From NCBI GenBank assembly GCA_000993565.1, contig LBWK01000002.1:224800-288799 (forward strand): a stretch of 64,000 nucleotides of DNA, given 5' to 3'. A program made the position numbers and the translations under genes. Source of the stretch: a candidate division WS6 bacterium GW2011_GWF2_39_15. GTDB taxonomy: Bacteria; Patescibacteriota; Dojkabacteria; SC72. This document shows, piece by piece, positions 1 to 9,557 of this stretch; within the stretch, counting starts at the first letter, position 1, and each line of letters opens with the position of its first letter. The notes under the pieces are model-generated. The model ran no database searches, was not told where the DNA came from, and worked only from the letters and a program-made list of their open reading frames with translations.

Positions 1-198
1 TATGGGGTCTGCTTTAGGGAGGTTCGTTAATCTTTTCTTTATGTCATCAATACTTTGTTCGATCTTTAGAGAAAGGTTTTCTTTTGTATTTTCCAAAAAA
101 GTGTAGTTGGCGGAGAGTGATAGGATAGTAACTATTGCCCCGATGATAATCATTGAGAGAAAAAAGAGACTTTGTTTTACTGCCTTATTAGGATTCAT
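1..198 (-). CDS. N-terminal part of a membrane-anchored protein of unknown function (runs off window edge)
   Basis: ATG at 198, 16 nt after the GT2 stop; open to position 1: MNPNKAVKQSLFFLSMIIIGAIVTILSLSANYTFLENTKENL... with an N-terminal hydrophobic helix. Confidence 0.7.
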   Translation of the reverse strand, partial: MNPNKAVKQSLFFLSMIIIGAIVTILSLSANYTFLENTKENLSLKIEQSIDDIKKRLTNLPKADPI

Positions 199-214
199 AT
201 ATTCTGACTATAGT

Positions 215-1474
215 TTATATACCTTTTCTCTGCCACTGTTGCCATACAATTTCTTCTCCTCTTAAAACCATGCCAATACTTGTTAATAATGCTAAATATT
301 CAACCCATATGAGGAAGTAAAAGAGAGGCCAGGTGAGAGGGAATAGTATGAGAAGCCCGAGATTTATTTTTTTGCCGTTGAATAAACCGTTAATGAAATA
401 AAGTACAAAAATGAATAGGATACCGAATGCAATCGATAGGAAGTCTAATGCTATAAAAGAATAAGTTATAAGCAGTGCAATAGAAATCGGTTCCAGAAAT
501 AGCTGAAACTCTGCCAGCAATGCATAGGGAAGAACGAAGAAGGTTAGTGCTTTATTATGTCTCTTGTCTTTGGAAAAGAACATACTGCGGTACTTCACAA
601 AGGTGTCCATACGCCCCTTTTTCCATCTGAGTCTTTGCTTTAGAAGCCCCATGATATCTGATGCACCCTCTGTGTAGCATATAACATCCTCACCGTAAGT
701 ACAGTTATATCCGTAAAATCTGAATCTCATGGTCATTTCAATATCTTCAGTTTTATTTTTTTCATCATAATAACCGATATGGTCGAAAACAGCTTTTCTA
801 AATGATGCACATGCACCTCCAAAGATATATTCGGCTCCCATTACGGCGTGTGATCGTTTGAAATAGAAACCAAAAAGATATTCCAGTCTCTGAGTGAGTC
901 CGAGAATTGTCTGTGAGTTCGCGACTATTACATTACCAACAACCCCGTCAACCTTAAGATCCTGATAATATACAACAAGGTTTTTGATTGCATGTTTATC
1001 TAGTTTTGAGTCCGCATCAATTGTTAGGATTATGTCACCAGTTGCTTTTTTAACTCCGGTATTAAGGGCGTGGCCTTTGCCTCCATTTACTGTGTATGAA
1101 ATGAATCTTAGTTGTTTTCTTCTCCACTTATGACTTTTGCGAAGTCTGCGGATCTTTTTTACGAAAGAGTTCATTACCTTCTCTGTGTTATCAGTAGATC
1201 CGTCGTTAACAGCAAGAATCTCAACATTATCGTAGTCGTTTTCTAAAACACTCTTAACCGTTTTCACAATTCCAACGGACTCATTCCAGGCGGGTATAAT
1301 GACGGATACTTTATAATTTTTGTATTCCTGCTTCAGGATTGCCCGGCTTTTTCTAAGTGTTTCTATTATTTGATAAATAGGGGCTAGAATGAGGAATACA
1401 AAGTATTTTACGAACATCAGATTTGCGAAAATAACGGCAATACTTCTGAATATTGAAAACCAGTCTTGAGCCAT
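215..1474 (-). CDS. Processive GT2 glycosyltransferase (PgaC/IcaA-like polysaccharide synthase)
   Basis: IPAWNE, NDGSTD, GKGHALN, DAD, TED and QRLRW motifs; one N-terminal and several C-terminal TM helices. Confidence 0.9.
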   Translation of the reverse strand: MAQDWFSIFRSIAVIFANLMFVKYFVFLILAPIYQIIETLRKSRAILKQEYKNYKVSVIIPAWNESVGIVKTVKSVLENDYDNVEILAVNDGSTDNTEKVMNSFVKKIRRLRKSHKWRRKQLRFISYTVNGGKGHALNTGVKKATGDIILTIDADSKLDKHAIKNLVVYYQDLKVDGVVGNVIVANSQTILGLTQRLEYLFGFYFKRSHAVMGAEYIFGGACASFRKAVFDHIGYYDEKNKTEDIEMTMRFRFYGYNCTYGEDVICYTEGASDIMGLLKQRLRWKKGRMDTFVKYRSMFFSKDKRHNKALTFFVLPYALLAEFQLFLEPISIALLITYSFIALDFLSIAFGILFIFVLYFINGLFNGKKINLGLLILFPLTWPLFYFLIWVEYLALLTSIGMVLRGEEIVWQQWQRKGI

Positions 1475-1475
1475 C

Positions 1476-2102
1476 TTATCGTTTAGTTGAATTTATAAGT
1501 GTAGCAAGGAATATTTTGAATCCTTTGTCATCTTCCACAAAAACCGTGAGTCTCGGCGTTCCTGTCTCATCCCTTGTAATATTATATTTTTCAATATCGT
1601 TGAATATTTGATCCACACGAAATATATAACTGCTGCGGCTAGATAGAAGAAACACCAGATCTCCAGCCTCCAAGTGACGAATATCAAGAGTTGTTCTCCA
1701 CGTTTGATCCAGATATATGAGGAGATTATTACTATGATCCTTTACATATATATGAGCTTTATTTCCTCTGATGTACCATTTGCCACGTTCATTCAGTGCG
1801 TCTGTTAATTCTAGGCGGGCTTTAATGTTAGGGATCTGTATGAATCTGATCTTCTCTCTGGTTACAATATGTGAGATGTTTGAGTATTGGTTATTTTTCT
1901 CGTTCACCTGTTCTAACGTTTCGTTATTTTGAACTTCCCTAAGAGTATTAAGATACTTAATATCTTGGAGAAAAATCTGTTCATAGGCATTAAGCATTAC
2001 ATAAATAGTGAAGAGAAGGGAAATAAGGGCTATTATTATGAGAGTCGTAAGGCCCTTCCATTTGTATGTATGCTTTTTGTTCTTTTTCTTACTTAGTTTC
2101 AT
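1476..2102 (-). CDS. Membrane-anchored sortase-fold protein lacking catalytic residues (pseudo-sortase)
   Basis: N-terminal TM; IQIPNIKA / LEAGDLVFL / YIFRV / RLTVFVE align by eye with the sortase at 13213; the protein has no Cys. Confidence 0.6.
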   Translation of the reverse strand: MKLSKKKNKKHTYKWKGLTTLIIIALISLLFTIYVMLNAYEQIFLQDIKYLNTLREVQNNETLEQVNEKNNQYSNISHIVTREKIRFIQIPNIKARLELTDALNERGKWYIRGNKAHIYVKDHSNNLLIYLDQTWRTTLDIRHLEAGDLVFLLSSRSSYIFRVDQIFNDIEKYNITRDETGTPRLTVFVEDDKGFKIFLATLINSTKR

Positions 2103-2283
2103 TTTTAAGAGTTTTCTTTAATCGCGATCGTCTTATATAAAGACTGAGTTTTAGAATTTGATTTGTAATTAACGCTGCTATATTGATAATCGTAACCAAT
2201 GTAATGAATCCAGCATAAAGCATTATGAGGAATTGATACATTGGGGCAATCTCTTGGTATGTGTTAAGAAGCGAGGCTAGCAT
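2089..2283 (-). CDS. Small single-TM membrane protein, first gene of the GT2 operon
   Basis: 64 aa, long hydrophobic stretch plus basic C-terminal tail; overlaps the start of the next gene by 14 nt. Confidence 0.6.
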   Translation of the reverse strand: MLASLLNTYQEIAPMYQFLIMLYAGFITLVTIINIAALITNQILKLSLYIRRSRLKKTLKNETK

Positions 2284-2499
2284 TGGACTTTAAGGTATTC
2301 GAGATCTTAAATATGAGATACCTATTCTAGCACATATTACATATTTAGTCTTTAGTATATGAAAATGGGTTAAGCCTATAAATAAGGCTTTATCTAAAAT
2401 AGATATTGGTACACAGGGAATACATGGCTAGATGTTGAGCCTTTTGAAAGCAGGAAGAGGTTTGTCACTCTTTCCAAATCTAATTATGTAGAATAGTGT

Positions 2500-2536
2500 T
2501 ATAGGTCTTTTAGGGGGACGTAGTAAGGGATATAAT
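2500..2536 (+). promoter_or_regulatory. Promoter of giant surface protein 1 with TATAGGTCTTTTA box and TATAAT -10
   Basis: TATAGGTCTTTTA 2500-2512, TATAAT 2531-2536; same arrangement at 9491-9528. Confidence 0.6.
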
Positions 2537-2567
2537 TTAACACAACTAAGTTCTAGCACTCTACTAT

Positions 2568-5500
2568 ATGCTACATCTACTTACTAGGTTTGCCTCAAGG
2601 TATTTCAGCCGATTTATTTCAGTTTTCTTATCCCTTTATTTGATACTTGGCCCTGCATTAAGTGTCGCTACAAGTGATGTATTTGCGGCAAGTGTGCATA
2701 CAGTTGTTGTCGGAGGAAATATTCAGGCAGCTATTAATGCTGCGGATCCGGGAGATATTATCGATATACAGGCTGGAACTTTCACTCCTTCATCAACGCT
2801 CAATGTAAATAAATCATTAACTATTCAAGGAGCCGGTATCGATGCTACTGTAATAGATGCTGCCGGTTATACGGGGTATGGAATGCATGTGACTGCCGGA
2901 AATGTTATTCTCAAAAATTTCACTTTCAGAAATGCTCATGGAACAAGCGGGTATGGATTAAAAATAGCAAATGTTGATTTCATCTCGCTTGAAAACCTAA
3001 AAGTGGAATTGTCATATAGGACGAATGTAGACTTTTATGGTGTAGATTATGGAACTCTTTTGAATGTTCAGGCATATGGGGCTACTTATGGGAACGGAAT
3101 TTCCATTACAAATGGTAACCATTTTACTCTCACAAATATCACGACATCTGGAAATGCGTGGGGAGGAATTGCCCTATATACCGGCACAAGCTATCTACCT
3201 GCCGCCGTGTCCGATATTACTATAAATGGAGCAGTAAATATTTCGGAACCTGTTAAAATGTACTCTGAAGTTATAAATCTTGGTGAGAGTATTTCGGATA
3301 TCCATTATTCAATCAGCGATTTCAAATATGTCGTTACATTTGCTGGCAACCCTAAATTTGTTTTCTATTTTGGGAATCAAACTTTGGATTCTGCTATAGG
3401 AACGGCAACCTTGATTGGCACTGTTAAAGGATGGGGATCGGATTTTAAGATTTTTGATAATGCACTCGGATATTACGTTTATCCTGTTCCTGTTGCACCA
3501 GTTACTCTGGGTCTAAATGTTCAGAGCAAATCAGCGACACCAGGGAGTCTACCCGTTGCCCTGGCATGTGGGAATGGCACAAATGATAATACACCAAGTC
3601 ATGTATGGAGTGCTGCTGTAGGAAGTAATATTAAGTATCAGAGAGCTGCTCAGCCTCCCGCAGGAAGCTGGTGGACAGACCCTACAATATATTCTGCAAC
3701 TAATACCGATTGGTTATGGTTTGGGACTGCGGGAGCAGGGAATGGTTGGGACGGGACATGGAAACTTAGAGTTAGGGCTTTTGAAGATGCTAATTCTAAT
3801 AATGTTTTGGACTCTGCAGACTCTGTTTCCAACTGGAGTAATGAATGTGCAATTAACTATGATGATACTAAACCCACAACTCCTGTTATTGAAGTTCCTG
3901 ATGAAGGAAAGGCTTTTAATACAACCCCTATTTTGAATAACTGGTCTGATTCTGTCGATACATCAGGAATCTTGAAATATGTGGTTGAATATCAATATGA
4001 CGATGGGCATTCTTTTTCAGGAGGACCATACAGAGAAACGACTGTAAGCCAGAGAAATCATGTGCCTAACCTTTCAGAAGAAGGCGGGGTAAAGTTTAGA
4101 GTTAAGGCCGTTGACAATTTTGGCAATGAAAGCGGTTGGAGTGAGTGGAGGCATTACAACTATGACATAACCAATGCAAGCTCGGTCTTTAATACACCTC
4201 TTGCCGGGAACTTCAATTCTGAAATCTCAATAACAGGTACATCTGTTGACAATGTCGGGGTGGACTTTGTTACCCTTTTCTACAAGAACTCTTCAGATGC
4301 GGATGTGCCTGCGAACTGGGTAAAAATTACCGATGTTGTTAACCCTTCAAAGAATACGCCTTTTAATTGGAGTTACGGATGGACTCCAATTGTTGATGGT
4401 ACCTACGATTTGAAAGTCAGTGCGACAGATAAAGCCGGGAATGTTGAAAATACAGCCTATGTTTATGGAATTACTTTTGATGCAACAGCTCCAGCAGTAC
4501 CAACACTCGTCTCGCCTGCTGATGGGGCATATATAAAACCTTCATTAGCAATGCTTGATTGGAGTGATGTTACAGATCCGCACGGCCCGGTTACATATAA
4601 ATATAAGAGTAGCTGGAACGGAGGCGGGCACTATGGACCTGTAAGCACGGGGACAAACTCGATAATAAATGCGACAGCCAGTGCGTATAGGACTTACAGC
4701 TGGCAGGTACAGGCGTGCGACTCATTTGGAAATTGCAGTGATTGGTCAGGACCATGGACTGTAACAATTGATGGGACCGCACCTACAATGCCAAAGTGGA
4801 CCAATACAGAACGTTTTACACAGAACGGTGATTATGCATATACAACTGACCGTGTCAGAATGGATATGAAGTTTACTCAGAGTTCAGACACTTTTGGTGT
4901 TGATCATTACGACTACCAGTTTGTAAGAGCTGATCTGGATGGGAATAAGTTGCAAAGCGGTCAGGTTAATATGAATACATATTTGGGAGGAATCTCATGT
5001 GTTTCAGGAATCTGTACATGGAAGCCGGATCTTCAGGATAACAGTCAGTGGATATTTAGAATGAGGGCTGTTGATAAAGCCGGAAATACAAGTAGCTGGT
5101 CTAACTGGAATGGAGCTTCAGATTCACAGTTCTACAACTTCTCATTCGACTTTAACGATTTTGATGCCGGAGCCGGTGTATTTGCCAGGGGTGACTACGA
5201 TCATACTTCTGGGAATGCCAGCTTTGTTGTAAGGGAGAACGTAAATCCTATATCCGAGATTACCTCTCCAGATATTGAGACAAATAATACTATTATAAGC
5301 ATTAATTACACAGCTTCGGATGTCGGTACAAAAGTTAAAACGGTTGGACTTTACAGAAGCGACGATATTCTCTATATGTACAGTGATAATGGAACCTTTT
5401 ATTATAACTTAGTTGGGGAGCCAGATGGAACAAAATGCTTTTATACAAGAGCTGAGGATACGGCCGATGATGCATCATTAGATGCAGGAGAAGGAAATAT

Positions 5501-8500
5501 TGAGGCTGTTCCAACGGATAAATGTGAGATTCAGGTAAAGCTTGATACTACTGCTCCTACAGTAGGAAATATTAACTTCACAGTTGATTTTAACCCTTAC
5601 TTAATGGGGGAAGGTTTTGGAGTTTCAGCTAACGTGTCGGACTCATTTGCCGGGATTAAACCTTCTACTTGTGAATTTACATATGATGGAGGTCTTAATT
5701 GGGAGTCAGGTAACTATGTAGGAGGGAAATGTGTTGATTTTAAAAGTACAGGTGATAACCAAAGTTTAGCTGTGAATGTGAGGGTTCAGGATAGATATGG
5801 AAACATTGGCTATGGGAGTCCTGTAGTTAGAACTTCTGATCTAAATGATCCTACCTCTACCGTTACGATAGACAACGTATATTCAGGTCCAATGGTTTAC
5901 GATGGTGGAACAATAAACGGTGTCGCAACTGATAGTGCGAGTGAGGTTGAACTACTTAAAGTCACAGTAAAAAGAAGCGGGGATAACAGATATTGGAACG
6001 GTTCAACTTTTGGTTGTATGCTCTGTTTCCTTCCTCAATTCAAGAGTGTTTCGTTAGCTAATCTTCCTACTTGGACATATAGTGGTATTCCGGCGGGTTC
6101 TTTTACTAACGGAAGGACATATACAGTTACCCCTTATGCAACGGACAGTGTCTGGCATATAGCCCAGGGAACAAGTGATGCCTTTATATGGGATTCGACT
6201 GCACCAACTGATCCTAGCTCATATACTACTGTACCTGCTGTAGGTTTTATCAATGATAATACAATTACAGTAAACTGGCCGGAAGTTAATCTACCTGGCG
6301 GAGCTTTTGATACTCTTTCAGGGGTAGCGGGATACTCATATGACTTTACACATAGTGAAGTTGATGTTCCAGATAATATTCAGGATATCCCGGTCAGCAT
6401 TAATAGTATAACAAGTTCGGTTCTGGACGACGGTGTCTGGTACTTTCATCTTAGAACTGTTGATAATGTAGGAAACTGGACAAATACCTCTCATGTAGGC
6501 CCGTTTACAGTTGATGTCACAGATCCATCTGTAACAATAAGTTCACCGGTAAATAATTCATGGGTAAACCATTTCACAGTTTCCGGTACAGCTGACGATG
6601 CTACCTCCAGAATAAATAATATAAGAGTAGAGTTTAGAAAATTTGCAGGCGGGGCACTAATTCAGACATGTGAGGCCACATATATAGGCACTAGCTGGTC
6701 GCTAGATGTAAATGGTCTCTCTACATGTACAATTCCTGACGGAAAGTACAGGATAATAGCTATTGCAACTGATAATGCAACCAACTCGTCCAGCGTAAGC
6801 AAATCAGGTATAAAGGTTGACACAACTGGGCCTATGGTCGGATCGATTGATTTCACTGTTGATTTTGATCCTTTTGTAAACGGTAACGGATTTCTTGTTT
6901 CTGTCCCGGTATCTGAAACCTTCAATGATGCGAATGCCAGACGTGGCCTGGATACAACCTCCTGTAAGTTCAGCTATGATAACGGTAGTAATTGGGAAAA
7001 CGGTCATTATGGAATTGTCTCGCTGTTTCCGCTGAAGTACGGATGTTACGACACTAAATCTGCAGGAGAGAATCAAACCCTAGAAGTCTTAGCAAAAGCT
7101 AAAGATTTGATGGGTAATGAAGCTATTTCTTCGATGTCAACAAGAATTTCAGATAGAAGAGATCCGTCTGTAACAGTAGATATTGATGAGGAATATTACA
7201 GTCCATCAACTTTTGGGACTGGAGTCATTAAAGGTACATCATTTGATGCTGTGAGTGGAATAGATAGTATTAAAGTGACAATTCAGAGAGATTCGGATGG
7301 TAAGTTCTGGAATGGAAGTTCATGGTGTAATCCTCTGGCATGCATATTGACTAAGTTTAGACCTACTTCATTATCTTCAGATTCAACATCATGGAGTTAT
7401 GACGGGACGTCGATATCATTTACAGATGGGGTCTCATATACTGTTAAGGCATATGCATATGACAAAGTATTAAATAGCTCGAGCTCGTCTGACACCTTTG
7501 TTTGGGATATAACTGCACCAACTGCTGATATAGTGTTTCCCGCTGGATTGATTTATCCAGACCCGTCAGAGAGTGCGAAAACGTTTGAGGTTGTCTTCAG
7601 TGAGGATGTTGAAGAAAACCAGGCAGAAAATCCTGCCAACTATTTCTTGCATAACTGGCCTGGTTTTGGTGGCAGCGGTGATTTAGATGGGGATGCTACC
7701 ATTGTGTATGACCCTCTTACCTATACTGCAACTGTCACGCTCACAAATGCGGGATGGTATGTATCTCCTGAGCAGGAATGGGGAGTTGAAAATATTCATG
7801 ATTTAGCTGGAAACCTGCAGTTGATAAATCCATATAGCGAAACTTCAACTGAGCTGATTGCCCCCGTTACTACTGTGGAGGGTGTTAGCGATCAGTGGTA
7901 CAAGAGTGATGTCACTGTATCACTTGCTTGCACGGATATTGCTGGAAGCGGTTGTGCAAGAACATATTACACTACTGATGGGACTGAACCTACAACAGGC
8001 TCAGCACAAGGAAGCAGTTTTGTCCTGGATGCCGATGGGGAATATGTAATTAAGTATTTCTCTGTTGATAATGCGGGAAATATTGAGAATATTCAGACTC
8101 TGTCTTTCACTGTTAAGGTTGATAAGACTAACCCAATAAATCCAAGTGAGTTCGTATCTGACCCTGATATAAATACGCCAAGTTTGGGTAGCGATATCAC
8201 AGTAACATGGAACAATATTCCTGAGCCCGCTAGTACACCTACCCCATCTTTGGTTATAACTGGTGCTGTTGATAACTTGAGTGGTGTCAATGGGTTTTCA
8301 TATCTTTTCACTCAAAATGCCACAGACTTTCCCGACACAGTAATAGATGGAGATAGAGATACTCACGAAGTTACTCAAAGTGCGTTAAGCGATGGATCTT
8401 GGTATTTCCATCTTAGGACGGTGGATCTTGCAGGTAACTGGTCCGATCCTGTAAGTTATGGACCAATGATACTTGATAATCAGAAACCGGTAATTTCATT

Positions 8501-9275
8501 GATAGGTGCTGTCACTGTAACACTGACAGCCGGTGACACTTACACAGATCAGGGAGCGGCAGCCGTAGATAATCAGGACGGTGATATTACTCCGTCAATT
8601 GCTACGATAAGTGATGTTAACGATAATTCATCAGGAACATATCATGTAACATATAATGTCACTGATACAGCTGGTAATCCTGCAGATGAGGTGATTAGGA
8701 CTGTTGTAGTCGTTAATCCTCCTGTAGTTCCTGCTGTACAAGGAGAGCAGACTGGCCCCGAGGATAATGGAGGATCAGAAGAACCTTCAAATATTCCAAG
8801 TGAGGACAACGAAGAAGATGGAAATGGTGAAGTCTTAGGCCTCACTTGCGAAGAAAAGCAGACTACTTCAGGATATGTTTATGAGGATAAAAACGGAAAT
8901 GGCAGGAGAGATAGTAATGAGAAAGGTATTGGGGGAGTAAAAATTGAAATAAGGTATACAAATGATAATGGTGAGATTACAAAGGTGATGACTGTTACGA
9001 CTGACAAGACTGGTAAATGGAAGGCACAGCTATGTCCAGCGGATTATACCTTAGCTCTAAAAGAAACTTCTCTGCCAGAAAATTACAAAATGGGAGAAGA
9101 AGTTAAGGGAATCTCAGTAAAAAGCGGGGAGGATCTTAATAATATTAATATAGCAGTAGAGAAAGAATCATCGGGCTGGGATTTAAGATGGGCATTTGTA
9201 ATACTTGCTATCCTACTAGTCTTAGGCGGAGGAGCAAACCTTTACCTTAGAAATCGCATGAAGATGTCTAAATAG
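2568..9275 (+). CDS. Giant (2235 aa) membrane-anchored surface protein: beta-helix, tandem Ig/Fn3-like domains, chitobiase-C-like, DUF5011-like and SdrD-B-like domains, C-terminal TM
   Basis: Signal peptide ending VFA; IQAAINAADPGD beta-helix start; repeated D-x-T-x-P...A.D.AGN modules; YYTTDGTEPT; PVISLIG...AVDNQDGDIT; GYVYEDKNGNGRRD; C-terminal TM plus basic tail. Confidence 0.85.
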   Translation: MLHLLTRFASRYFSRFISVFLSLYLILGPALSVATSDVFAASVHTVVVGGNIQAAINAADPGDIIDIQAGTFTPSSTLNVNKSLTIQGAGIDATVIDAAGYTGYGMHVTAGNVILKNFTFRNAHGTSGYGLKIANVDFISLENLKVELSYRTNVDFYGVDYGTLLNVQAYGATYGNGISITNGNHFTLTNITTSGNAWGGIALYTGTSYLPAAVSDITINGAVNISEPVKMYSEVINLGESISDIHYSISDFKYVVTFAGNPKFVFYFGNQTLDSAIGTATLIGTVKGWGSDFKIFDNALGYYVYPVPVAPVTLGLNVQSKSATPGSLPVALACGNGTNDNTPSHVWSAAVGSNIKYQRAAQPPAGSWWTDPTIYSATNTDWLWFGTAGAGNGWDGTWKLRVRAFEDANSNNVLDSADSVSNWSNECAINYDDTKPTTPVIEVPDEGKAFNTTPILNNWSDSVDTSGILKYVVEYQYDDGHSFSGGPYRETTVSQRNHVPNLSEEGGVKFRVKAVDNFGNESGWSEWRHYNYDITNASSVFNTPLAGNFNSEISITGTSVDNVGVDFVTLFYKNSSDADVPANWVKITDVVNPSKNTPFNWSYGWTPIVDGTYDLKVSATDKAGNVENTAYVYGITFDATAPAVPTLVSPADGAYIKPSLAMLDWSDVTDPHGPVTYKYKSSWNGGGHYGPVSTGTNSIINATASAYRTYSWQVQACDSFGNCSDWSGPWTVTIDGTAPTMPKWTNTERFTQNGDYAYTTDRVRMDMKFTQSSDTFGVDHYDYQFVRADLDGNKLQSGQVNMNTYLGGISCVSGICTWKPDLQDNSQWIFRMRAVDKAGNTSSWSNWNGASDSQFYNFSFDFNDFDAGAGVFARGDYDHTSGNASFVVRENVNPISEITSPDIETNNTIISINYTASDVGTKVKTVGLYRSDDILYMYSDNGTFYYNLVGEPDGTKCFYTRAEDTADDASLDAGEGNIEAVPTDKCEIQVKLDTTAPTVGNINFTVDFNPYLMGEGFGVSANVSDSFAGIKPSTCEFTYDGGLNWESGNYVGGKCVDFKSTGDNQSLAVNVRVQDRYGNIGYGSPVVRTSDLNDPTSTVTIDNVYSGPMVYDGGTINGVATDSASEVELLKVTVKRSGDNRYWNGSTFGCMLCFLPQFKSVSLANLPTWTYSGIPAGSFTNGRTYTVTPYATDSVWHIAQGTSDAFIWDSTAPTDPSSYTTVPAVGFINDNTITVNWPEVNLPGGAFDTLSGVAGYSYDFTHSEVDVPDNIQDIPVSINSITSSVLDDGVWYFHLRTVDNVGNWTNTSHVGPFTVDVTDPSVTISSPVNNSWVNHFTVSGTADDATSRINNIRVEFRKFAGGALIQTCEATYIGTSWSLDVNGLSTCTIPDGKYRIIAIATDNATNSSSVSKSGIKVDTTGPMVGSIDFTVDFDPFVNGNGFLVSVPVSETFNDANARRGLDTTSCKFSYDNGSNWENGHYGIVSLFPLKYGCYDTKSAGENQTLEVLAKAKDLMGNEAISSMSTRISDRRDPSVTVDIDEEYYSPSTFGTGVIKGTSFDAVSGIDSIKVTIQRDSDGKFWNGSSWCNPLACILTKFRPTSLSSDSTSWSYDGTSISFTDGVSYTVKAYAYDKVLNSSSSSDTFVWDITAPTADIVFPAGLIYPDPSESAKTFEVVFSEDVEENQAENPANYFLHNWPGFGGSGDLDGDATIVYDPLTYTATVTLTNAGWYVSPEQEWGVENIHDLAGNLQLINPYSETSTELIAPVTTVEGVSDQWYKSDVTVSLACTDIAGSGCARTYYTTDGTEPTTGSAQGSSFVLDADGEYVIKYFSVDNAGNIENIQTLSFTVKVDKTNPINPSEFVSDPDINTPSLGSDITVTWNNIPEPASTPTPSLVITGAVDNLSGVNGFSYLFTQNATDFPDTVIDGDRDTHEVTQSALSDGSWYFHLRTVDLAGNWSDPVSYGPMILDNQKPVISLIGAVTVTLTAGDTYTDQGAAAVDNQDGDITPSIATISDVNDNSSGTYHVTYNVTDTAGNPADEVIRTVVVVNPPVVPAVQGEQTGPEDNGGSEEPSNIPSEDNEEDGNGEVLGLTCEEKQTTSGYVYEDKNGNGRRDSNEKGIGGVKIEIRYTNDNGEITKVMTVTTDKTGKWKAQLCPADYTLALKETSLPENYKMGEEVKGISVKSGEDLNNINIAVEKESSGWDLRWAFVILAILLVLGGGANLYLRNRMKMSK
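5544..7523 (+). repeat. Internal duplication of a ~220-235 aa two-domain module in the giant protein (5544-6209 and 6819-7523)
   Basis: NFTVDFNPY vs DFTVDFDPF; CEFTYDGGLNWESG vs CKFSYDNGSNWENG; RYWNGS vs KFWNGS; FIWDSTAPT vs FVWDITAPT. Confidence 0.8.
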
Positions 9276-9287
9276 AAAAGTGAATTA

Positions 9288-9329
9288 AGTGCAGAGTTTG
9301 AACTTACAGACTCTGCACTATCGTTTTTT
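9288..9329 (+). terminator. Intrinsic terminator after giant protein 1
   Basis: AGTGCAGAGT (9288-9297) / ACTCTGCACT (9310-9319) perfect stem, followed shortly by a T6 run. Confidence 0.75.
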
Positions 9330-9490
9330 CTGACATTGTAGGTCTTTCTTTTGCTATAATTTTGTAGCCTGTAGTAGTATGAAGATAGCGACGAATTTAG
9401 TATCCTGAATGTGTCGATATTGTAGATATAGGGCTGATATTTACATGCAGATATTGAGGGTAAAAGAGAGAGGAATAAGTAATATTGAGC

Positions 9491-9528
9491 TATAGGTCTT
9501 TTAAGGTGCCTCTCAGTAGGGTTATAAT
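9491..9528 (+). promoter_or_regulatory. Promoter of surface protein 2 with TATAGGTCTTTTA box and TATAAT -10
   Basis: TATAGGTCTTTTA 9491-9503, TATAAT 9523-9528. Confidence 0.6.
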
Positions 9529-9557
9529 TATAGGAAAATAACTTTAGCTACCGGAAC

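Noticed and set aside
2284-2567. Short inverted repeats (AAGCCT/AGGCTT at 2372-2390; GGAAGAG/CTCTTTCC) as a riboswitch or ncRNA
   Set aside because: Stems are short and match no riboswitch consensus I recognise; an Rfam/Infernal scan would be needed.
5544-8480. Repeats in the giant protein as possible DGR template/variable repeats
   Set aside because: The copies are diverged at all positions, not adenine-specific, both are coding, and no reverse transcriptase is in the window.
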